Shown here: positions 40,561-48,051 of the stretch, in pieces | Position numbering within the stretch: the first letter of the stretch is position 1 | Layout of the letters: each line of letters starts with the position of its first letter | NCBI GenBank assembly: GCA_963780685.1 | Contig: CAWACZ010000012.1 | Location: 195,238-259,237 of the forward strand | Origin: an uncultured Acidobacteriota bacterium | Lineage (GTDB): Bacteria > Acidobacteriota > Vicinamibacteria > Vicinamibacterales > CAVVIG01 | DNA: 64,000 nucleotides | Reading direction: 5' to 3' | Made by a program: the position numbers and the translations under genes | The notes under the pieces: model-generated | What the model saw: the letters and a program-made list of their open reading frames with translations, nothing else | The model's database searches: none | What the model was told of the DNA's origin: nothing

Positions 40561-41343
40561 GTGGCGATGACGTGCCCCGTTGATTTCGACACCGTGACGC
40601 TACGCGCCGAAATTCAGACGATGTATTCGCAGGTCGCCGCCACGCCCGAAGGCTCGTTCCACTTTCATCGTGGACCAGAGTACGCCGTTACCAGGCTCGG
40701 CTACGACGCGGCGGAGCTCGCCACTCTCCCCATCACGGTCACGTCGTCATTCGCGGGTGTTGGCAATCCTCACGCTATCAGGCCCATCGAGAAGGCAGCC
40801 GTCGTGCTCGACGTCGGCTGTGGATCTGGAACCGATCTACTCCTCGCTGCGCGGCATGTCGGACCTGCCGGCCGCGCGATTGGCGTGGACATGACCGAAG
40901 CAATGCGAGCACGAGCATCAGCGGGAGCCGTGCAATGCGGACTCGCTCATGTCGACGTGCGTGATGGCGATGCAACGCGCCTGCCGCTCGAAGATGCCAG
41001 CGTCGACGTGGTCATTTCGAACGGCGTGCTGAACCTCGTACCCGACAAACACAAAGCCATCGGCGAGATCGCCCGCGTCTTGAAGCGCGGCGGCGGTGTA
41101 CAGATTGCCGACATCGTGATCAAGGAGATCCTGCCGGAAAGCACCCTTCGCGACATCGATCTCTGGACCGGTTGAATCGCCGGCGCTCTGCTGGAAGCAG
41201 AGCTTGTCGACGCCTTTGCGGCGGCCGGCTTCGACGATGTGCGCATCGTCGCCCGATTCGATTGCTTCGCAGGAACGACCAAAGAGCGGACGGCGAGACG
41301 GTACGGCGTCGGCGGTGTGAATCTCGTGGCGTCGCGACGATAG
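40561..41343 (+). CDS. ArsM-like class I SAM-dependent methyltransferase with an in-frame TGA (41173-41175) at the conserved WxGC(I/V)AGA cysteine: candidate selenoprotein
   Basis: VLDVGCGSGTDLL (SAM motif I), VDVVISNGVLNLVPDK, RVLKRGGGVQIADIV, then DIDLWTG-TGA-IAGALLEAELVDAFAAAGFDDVRIVARFDCFAGTTKERTARRYGVGGVNLVASRR*. I translated this codon by codon; 55 further sense codons follow in the same frame. The track ORF stops at 41175. The start may be ATG 40567. Confidence 0.7.
41178..41212 (+). promoter_or_regulatory. SECIS-like stem-loop downstream of the methyltransferase TGA
   Basis: The upper stem is GCTCTGC (41185-41191) pairing with GCAGAGC (41197-41203), with loop TGGAA. The lower stem is 41178-41184 pairing with 41206-41212 (6 of 7 pairs including one G-T), with a TT bulge. 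The apical loop starts 16 nt after the TGA. Confidence 0.55.
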
Positions 41344-41377
41344 GCCCACCCGGCTATCTCGAAAGAGGAGGCTCATC

Positions 41378-41872
41378 ATGACAATGAAGGTAGCGATTCG
41401 ACGGTCCATTGCTCCCGCTCTGATCGTTGTCGTCACGACCATGCTTTCCGCGTGGGCCAGCCAGGCTGCGGCGCAAACGGCTCAGAAGACGCTGTACGAC
41501 CGGCTCGGGGGCGCGTACAGCATCGCGACGGTTGTGGACGACTTCATCGAGCGCTTGCTCGTCAACGCAACACTCAACGCCAATCCCGCCATCAACGCCG
41601 CGCGGGCACGAGTCCCGAAAGCAGGCTTGAAATTCCAAGTTACGGCGCTCGTGTGCGAGGTCACCGGTGGTCCATGCAGGTACACGGGCCGAGCGATGAA
41701 GGAGTCACATGACCATCTCAACATCACGCAGGCTGAGTGGGATGCAATGGTCGCAGATTTCAGACGGACATTAGAACAGTTCAAGGTACCGCAGCAGGAA
41801 CAGCAGGAATTGATCGCGATCGTCGGCAGCACGAAGAAGGACATCGTCAAGTCGGCGACCGCCAGCCGATAG
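41378..41872 (+). CDS. Group I truncated hemoglobin (trHbN-like) with an N-terminal RR-containing signal peptide
   Basis: The globin core is TLYDRLGGAYSIATVVDDFIERLL...GRAMKESHDHLNITQAEWDAMVADFRRTLEQF. The N-terminus is MTMKVAIRRSIAPALIVVVTTMLSAWASQAAAQ. Confidence 0.8.
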   Translation: MTMKVAIRRSIAPALIVVVTTMLSAWASQAAAQTAQKTLYDRLGGAYSIATVVDDFIERLLVNATLNANPAINAARARVPKAGLKFQVTALVCEVTGGPCRYTGRAMKESHDHLNITQAEWDAMVADFRRTLEQFKVPQQEQQELIAIVGSTKKDIVKSATASR

Positions 41873-41885
41873 CACAGGTGCGATC

Positions 41886-42635
41886 ATGATTTTTCGACCT
41901 TTCTACTATTTCGACCTCGGCTGCGCCGCCTACCTCTTCGGCTGCGGCACGCTCGGCAAATGCGCAGTAGTAGACGCGCGCACCGACGACGTGGAGGCCT
42001 ATGCCGCTTTCGCGACCGCCAAGAACATGCACATTACGCACGTCATCGACACGCACGTCCATGCCGATCATCGATCGGGCGGGCCGGAGCTGGCCCGACG
42101 AACCGGAGCCAGCTACTGCCTGCACGAATCGGCGGACGTGAGGCTGCCATTCACGCCTCTGCAAGATGGACAACAGATCGAGTTGGGAAATACAAGGGTC
42201 ACCGTACTGCACACGCCGGGACATTCACCGGAAAGCATCTGCTTGGTCGTCACCGACCTCAGGCGAGGGCCAGCTCCCTGGTTTGTCCTGACGGGTGACA
42301 CGCTGTTTGTGGGAGCCGTCGGACGACCCGATCTTCCCGGCCATGCCGAGGAAAATGCCGGACAGCTGCACGCGAGTATTCACCAGAAGCTGCTGACCCT
42401 GCCCGGCGACGTGGAGATCTACCCGGGGCACTTCTCGGGCTCGGTGTGTGGCACCGGATTGAGCGGCAAACCGACGAGCACGATAGCGTTCGAACGACGC
42501 TGGAACCCGATGTTGTCGCTGGAGCAGAGCGCGTTCATTGCGGCACTCAGCGATGTACCGCCCAAACCCGAGGCCATGGAGCGCATCCTCGCGTCCAATC
42601 GTGGTCTTCGTGAGGAGACAGAGATCTCCGTATGA
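41886..42635 (+). CDS. MBL-fold metallo-hydrolase (glyoxalase II / persulfide-dioxygenase-like)
   Basis: VIDTHVHADHRSGG, TVLHTPGHSPES, LTGDTLFVGAVGRPDL and IYPGH. Confidence 0.85.
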   Translation: MIFRPFYYFDLGCAAYLFGCGTLGKCAVVDARTDDVEAYAAFATAKNMHITHVIDTHVHADHRSGGPELARRTGASYCLHESADVRLPFTPLQDGQQIELGNTRVTVLHTPGHSPESICLVVTDLRRGPAPWFVLTGDTLFVGAVGRPDLPGHAEENAGQLHASIHQKLLTLPGDVEIYPGHFSGSVCGTGLSGKPTSTIAFERRWNPMLSLEQSAFIAALSDVPPKPEAMERILASNRGLREETEISV

Positions 42636-43912
42636 TCGACGCCGTGGCGGCTCCTATTCAGATCCGCCTTGGCCTGCGCGAGAACGCCGCGCAATTCGCG
42701 CTGCTGGTCCTCGTCAACGCATTCGTTGGCGCGATGGTCGGCCTCGAGCGCAGCCTTCTCCCCGCCATCGCCGAGCACGACTTTCAGCTGGCTGCACGTA
42801 CAGCCGCGCTCTCGTTCATCGTAGTCTTCGGTCTGACCAAGGCGGCGACCAACTACGTCGCCGGCCGCCTCGCCGACCGTCTCGGACGCAAACAGATACT
42901 CATTGCCGGCTGGCTGGTCGCAGTGCCCGTCCCGTTCCTGCTGATGTGGGCGCCGAGTTGGGCGTGGATTCTGGTTGCGAACGGGCTGCTGGGCGTCAGT
43001 CAGGGATTCACCTGGTCGACGACCGTCATCATGAAGATCGATCTGGTTGGTCCGGCTCGCCGCGGCCTGGCGATGGGACTGAACGAGTTCGCCGGCTACG
43101 TCGCCGTCGCCGCGGCTGCGTTCGCCACGGGTGTCATTGCGGCGCGCACCGGTCTGCGGCCGCAACCGTTCTATCTGGGCGTCGCGTTTGTCGCGTTGGG
43201 CCTCGTCCTCTCGGCACTCGTTCGAGAGACGGCGCCGCACGCCGCATTGGAGGCACAGCAGCGCGGTTCGGCCCCAAGCCGCCTCGGCGCCCGAGAAGTC
43301 TTCTGGCGCACGACAGTTTCTGATCGCGACTTGTCTGCAGTGAGCCAGGCGGGTCTGGTGAACAACCTCAATGACGGGATGGCCTGGGGGCTCTTCCCAC
43401 TCTTCTTCGCCGCGGCAAGCATGGACTTCGCGCAAATCGGAGTGCTCGCCGCCATCTATCCGCTGACGTGGGGCGTGGGCCAGCTTGTGACGGGGGCCCT
43501 TTCCGACATGATTGGCCGCAAATGGCTCATCACCGGCGGGATGTGGATTCAGGCCGCAGCGATTGGTCTCGTCAGCGTCTCGACGGGGTTCGCGGGTTGC
43601 GCGGTCGGCGCCATCTTGCTTGGCGCCGGTACGGCGATGGTTTATCCAACGCTGCTCGCAGCGATCGGCGATGTGGCGCACCCGTCATGGCGGGCATCGG
43701 CCGTGGGCGTGTACAGATTGTGGCGAGATCTCGGCTATGCGATCGGCGCACTGTTGGCCGGCATCTGCGCCGACTGGTTGGGGCTGGCCGGCGCGATGCG
43801 AGTCGTGGCTGCCGTGACGCTCATCTCCGGCCTGGTGGTCGCGATCCGAATGGAAGAAACGCTGTCGCTCGGGAACCTCGGACACGCAGAACCCCTGAAC
43901 CCTGAACCTTGA
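42632..43912 (+). CDS. MFS transporter
   Basis: 426 aa and about 12 TM segments, with TNYVAGRLADRLGRKQIL (MFS loop 2-3 motif) and GALSDMIGRKW. It overlaps the MBL gene stop by 4 nt. Confidence 0.85.
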   Translation: MIDAVAAPIQIRLGLRENAAQFALLVLVNAFVGAMVGLERSLLPAIAEHDFQLAARTAALSFIVVFGLTKAATNYVAGRLADRLGRKQILIAGWLVAVPVPFLLMWAPSWAWILVANGLLGVSQGFTWSTTVIMKIDLVGPARRGLAMGLNEFAGYVAVAAAAFATGVIAARTGLRPQPFYLGVAFVALGLVLSALVRETAPHAALEAQQRGSAPSRLGAREVFWRTTVSDRDLSAVSQAGLVNNLNDGMAWGLFPLFFAAASMDFAQIGVLAAIYPLTWGVGQLVTGALSDMIGRKWLITGGMWIQAAAIGLVSVSTGFAGCAVGAILLGAGTAMVYPTLLAAIGDVAHPSWRASAVGVYRLWRDLGYAIGALLAGICADWLGLAGAMRVVAAVTLISGLVVAIRMEETLSLGNLGHAEPLNPEP

Positions 43913-43928
43913 ACCAGGAACCCGAGAG

Positions 43929-44334
43929 ATGCCCTGTTGCTCGACCTTCCAAGATGCAGCGGAACGGCAGTTCACCGAGAAGATTGCTCAACGAGATCTC
44001 ACCACCTATCGGCGGAACGGCGCGGGAGTCACGACTCGGCTGCTACGCGACGCGCTCGTCACGGCTGGGGCAACGAAACGGATCGCTCTTGGATGTCGGT
44101 GCCGGCATCGGCGCCCTGACGTTTGAGCTCCTCGAACTTGGCGTTGCGCGAGCGATCGCAGTCGAGGCTTCCGCGGCGTATGTAAGAGCGGCGTCCGAAG
44201 AGGCTGCGATCCCCGCAGTGGTACCGCCCGCCACCACCGCGGCCGGTCGCCCGGGCGTGCGGCGCGCGTCGGGGCCACCCGTAGCGGATCGGCCGGAAGC
44301 CTGGGGACGCGACCCGTGGAGCGGCGCGACGTGA
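43929..44334 (+). pseudogene. Class I SAM-dependent methyltransferase, frameshifted near 44085 and apparently degenerate/truncated at the 3' end
   Basis: MPCCSTFQDAAERQFTEKIAQRDLTTYRRNGAGVTTRLLRDALV, then a frame change to GSLLDVGAGIGALTFELLELGVARAIAVEASAAYVRAASEEAA. The remaining text is not methyltransferase-like. Confidence 0.5.
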
Positions 44335-44338
44335 TCGG

Positions 44339-44887
44339 TCAACGAGGTGGTCGACGTCTGGCGACGCCGAGTTCGGCCAGCTTGGCTGCGACGGTCCGCC
44401 CGTGCGTCGCGGGGCTCACCTGTTTGTCGATATAGAGGATCCGGCCGTCGACGCCGATGTAGAAGGTCCAACGCGAAGCGAACGGTTGATCTTCATCAAC
44501 GACACCGTATGCCTTCGCGACGCTCTTGTCCGGATCGCTGAGCAGCGGATAGTCCACACCCAGGGACCGCGCGAAGGCCTGGTTGGCGTCCAGCTGGTCG
44601 ACGCTGGCGGCGAAATAGGCCACGTCGAACGCCCGAAAGTCGTCGCCACTCTCACGGAGTGACTTGCACTCGGCCGTTCAAGCGGGAGAGAACGCCTTCG
44701 CAAACCACGCGAGGACGACTGCCTGTTTCCCCTTGTAATCCGCAAGGGTGTACTGCTTCCCGTCAGACCCCCGCAGCGAGAACGAAGGGGCGACGTCACC
44801 CACCTTCAGTCCGCCTGCGGCAGTGACCGCTGTCGCCAACGCTACGGCCAAGGAAATCCAACCGGCCATCTTGGGTAAGACGCGCAT
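44339..44887 (-). CDS. Exported Bcp/AhpC-TSA-type peroxiredoxin with an in-frame TGA (44678-44680) at the peroxidatic Cys position: candidate selenoprotein (PrxU-like)
   Basis: Signal peptide MAGWISLAVALATAVTAAGG. GDVAPSFSLRGSDGKQYTLADYKGKQAVVLAWFAKAFSPA-TGA-TAECKSLRESGDDFRAFDVAYFAASVDQLDANQAFARSLGVDYPLLSDPDKSVAKAYGV... The two track ORFs 44678..44887 and 44339..44623 are in the same frame, which I verified codon by codon. Homologues read FTGGCTxEC at this point. Confidence 0.7.
44645..44663 (-). promoter_or_regulatory. SECIS-like stem-loop downstream of the peroxiredoxin TGA
   Basis: The mRNA sense is GUCACUC-CGUGA-GAGUGGC, a 7-bp stem with one G-U pair and a 5-nt loop. The loop starts 21 nt after the UGA. 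An alternative hairpin, GAGUG-CAAGU-CACUC, lies just upstream. Confidence 0.5.
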
Positions 44888-44919
44888 GGGGCGTTACGAT
44901 ACCACTATCCGAGCTAGTC

Positions 44920-47588
44920 ATGTTAGTGGGGCCTGGCTCTCAAATTGGCGCCTATGAGGTGGTCGCTGCGATCGGCGCAGGCGGCATGGGCGAGGTGTAT
45001 CGCGCGCGCGATTCCAGGCTGAACCGCGACGTGGCGTTGAAGATCATCCGTCAGCCCCTGACCGACGCGGAGCACCTCGCCCGATTTCGCCGCGAAGCGC
45101 AGGTACTTGCCGCGCTCAATCACCCGCACGTCGCCAGCATTTACGAACTCGACGAAGCCGACGGCATGCTCTTCCTGGTGATGGAGCTCGTTCCCGGGCA
45201 GACGCTCGGCGATCTGCTGGCCAGCCGGCCCGCTCGATCTCTGGAAGTCACCGAAGCCCTCACAATCGCGCGGCAAATCGCCGAAGCCCTCGAAACAGCG
45301 CACGACAAGGGTATCGTCCACCGCGATCTCAAGCCAGCCAATATCAGGGTCACGCCGGACGGCGTCGTGAAGGTCCTGGACTTTGGTCTCGCGAAAGCGC
45401 TGTCGGGCGAGGCCGCCGAAGTGAATCTGACGAACTCGCCGACCCTTACCGTCGCTGCAACCAGTATCGGCATGATTCTCGGCACTGCGGGGTACATGTC
45501 TCCGGAACAGGCAAAGGGCCAGGTCGTCGACCGACGCACGGACGTCTTCGCATTTGGCTGCGTACTGTTACGAGATGCTCGCAGGACGGCCAGCGTTCAA
45601 GGGTGAGACGCTGGCGGAAATTCTGGCCGGCGTTCTGAAAACGGATCCGGATTGGAGTCGCCTGCCAGCCGGCACCTCGACGAACGTGACGCGCCTCCTG
45701 AACCGCTGTCTCCAAAAGGACATCAAGGCACGGCTGCGAGACATGGGCGATGCCCGGCTCGAGATCGAAGAGGCTCTCAATCGGCCTGCCATGACGACCG
45801 AGCTCGAGGCAAGCCCGACTGCCGCACGCAGCCTGCAAACGGAGTGGCCGCGGATGCTCGCGGTGGCGGCGGCGGGAGCGGTGGCGGGTGCGATTGCGAT
45901 GTGGAGCCTGAGGTCCGAGCCGCAGGTGCCAACGCTCCCCAGCGGACGCTTCGTCATTGCGCTGCCTGCGAACGAGAGACTCGCAGGGTTGGATTTTCCG
46001 TCGGTCGCGATCGCACCCGATGGATCGGTCATGGCGTACGTCGGGTCACGGAGCGGTCAATCACAGTTGTTCCTCCGGCCGATGAACGGCCTGGAGACAA
46101 CCGCCATTGACGGAACGACCAATGCGATTGCCCCGTTCTTCTCGCCGGACGGTCGATGGCTCGCGTTCTTTGCGGACGGCCAGCTCAAGAAAGTGCCGAC
46201 CGCGGGTGGGTCTCCGGTGACGCTCACCGAGGCGCGGGTCGGCGTCGGTGGCAGTTGGGGCGCCGGCGACACGATTGTGTTCGCAGCCGGAACGGGATCG
46301 GCACTTTCACGCGTGTCCGCCAATGGCGGCATGCCGGAGCGCGTGACGACCCTGGCGGCGGACAAAGGAGAGTTCAGCCATCGCTGGCCCGAGCTGCTGC
46401 CGGACGGCAAGACAGTCATCTACACCGTCGGTACCGCTCGGTCACTGGGACGACGCGCAGATCGTCGCGCAGAAGCTGGGCTCGCCAGAGCGTTCGGTGC
46501 TCGTGCAGGGCGGGACGAATCCTCGCTACCTCGCGTCAGGCCATCTGCTCTATGCGCGAGGCGGCGCAATCATGGCCGTGCCTTTCGATCCAGCCAGTCT
46601 CAAAACCTCAGGTACGCCCATCCGACTCCTGGAAAACGTCCTCCAATCGTTCGACGGCGCCGCACAACTGAGCGTGTCGCCATTGGGCACAGCGGTCTAC
46701 GTCACGGGTGAATTCGAATCGAACCGGCGGCGCCTCACAACCGTCGATCGCAGCGGCGTGGCCACGCCGTTTGCCGCTCCTCTTCAAGCTTACCGAGAGC
46801 CGCGACTGTCGCCCGACGGTCGAAAACTCCTGGTGACCATCGAAGGCTCGACCGAAGATCTCTGGGTCTACGACATGACCGCCGGGACGCTGAACCAGCT
46901 GACGTTCGGCGTCAACGCGGCCCTGCCAATTTGGACGCCCGATAGCCAACGCGTGACGTTCAGCTCGAACGCGGGCGGAACGCCAAATCTGTTTTGGACG
47001 ACGATCGGTCAGCAGAGGGCGGCGGAACGGTTGGCGACCAGCGACAACATCCAGTTGCCGGGGTCGTGGTCTCCCGACGGACGTACGCTGGCGTTCGTCG
47101 AACGACACCCCAGCACGGGCCGCGACATCTGGCTTCTGCGGCTGGACGAAGACCGCGAGGCCCGGCCGTTCCTCACTTCGCCATTCGACGAAAGCGCGCC
47201 GCGCTTCTCACCGGATGGCCGTTGGATCGCGCACGTCTCCAACGAATCAGGACGTGACGAAGTGTTCGTTCGGTCTGTGGCTGACTCCGGCCGCAAACTG
47301 CAGCTGTCGGACGGCGGTGGGACCGAGCCGGTCTGGGCGCGAGATGGAAGCGAGATCTTCTATCGTGTCGGCACCAGGCTGATGGCCCTGCTGATGGCCG
47401 ACGGCCGTCCGGCTCGCGGCGCGCAGCCCCGTCAGCTCTTCGAAGGCGAGTTCGAAAAAGGCTCGATGGATGCCGCCGACTACGACGTGACGCCGGACAA
47501 CCAACGCTTCGTGATGATCGGCGGCAGTGGCACATCGACCGATCACGCAACCATTCACGTCCTCATCAATTGGCGTCTTATTCCTTGA
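44920..47588 (+). CDS. Ser/Thr protein kinase with a TM segment and C-terminal TolB-like (PD40/WD40-like) beta-propeller; two apparent frameshifts (near 45560-45600 and near 46440-46500)
   Basis: GAGGMGEVYRA, VALKI, HRDLKPANI, DFGLAK and SPEQ are the kinase motifs. FFSPDGRWLAF, SPDGRKLLV, WSPDGRTLAF and FSPDGRWIAHVSNESG are PD40 repeats spread over ORFs 44920, 45554 and 46497. Confidence 0.85.
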
Positions 47589-47925
47589 CCTTTGCCTTAT
47601 ACGGAGAAGGCCCCTGGGGCCCCGGCGCGGTGTCGACCGCGCCAATCAGACTCTGCACCGTGGCCTCGCGCGGGTCGTAGGTCACGACCGCCTCGTGATT
47701 CTCGAGCGTCACCCGGGCGCGCGTGACGCCTTTGACCTCTAACAGTGCGGACCGCACTGCGGCAATGCAGCCCTCTCATATCATTCCGTCAACGACGAGC
47801 GTCACCGTCGCGGACGCCGAATCCGCCGTGGGCTCCTGTTGGGCCGGTGATTGACCGGCCCCGCATCCGGCAACCAGCAGCCCGACGAACACCAACAACT
47901 CTCGCCGTGAAGGTGGCAGTCTCAT
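47578..47925 (-). CDS. HMA (heavy-metal-associated) domain lipoprotein with an in-frame TGA (47776-47778) giving GMI-U-EGC in place of the GMxCxxC metal-binding motif: candidate selenoprotein; absent from the ORF track
   Basis: My codon-by-codon translation is MRLPPSRRELLVFVGLLVAGCGAGQSPAQQEPTADSASATVTLVVDGMI-TGA-EGCIAAVRSALLEVKGVTRARVTLENHEAVVTYDPREATVQSLIGAVDTAPGPQGPSPYKAKVKE*. The lipobox is LVAGC. An AGGAGGG Shine-Dalgarno lies 6 nt before the ATG. The gene sits 126 bp downstream of the RND pump gene on the same strand. Confidence 0.7.
47743..47759 (-). promoter_or_regulatory. SECIS-like stem-loop downstream of the HMA TGA
   Basis: CAGUGCG-GUC-CGCACUG is a 7-bp perfect stem; alternatively a 6-bp stem with loop GGUCC. 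The loop starts 22-23 nt after the UGA. From memory, the apical GGUC resembles the apex of the E. coli fdhF SECIS. Confidence 0.5.
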
Positions 47926-48051
47926 GGGGAGCCCTCCTGCGAAAACCGCCGACCGGACGATCGCTCCGGCGTGTCGTCCGTGATGGGGCTAATCCTACTC
48001 AATTCTCGCGACCTACAGGCGCATCGGCTTCAAAAGGATCGTCATTCACGC

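Noticed and set aside
40561-47925. Global TGA reassignment (genetic code 4 or 25) as the explanation for the in-frame TGAs
   Set aside because: Many well-defined genes in the window terminate at TGA at the family-typical C-terminus, including the Rieske protein, hicA, DUF1552, LLM, ankyrin and the peroxiredoxin itself. In addition, the three internal TGAs align specifically with Cys columns, not with Trp or Gly.
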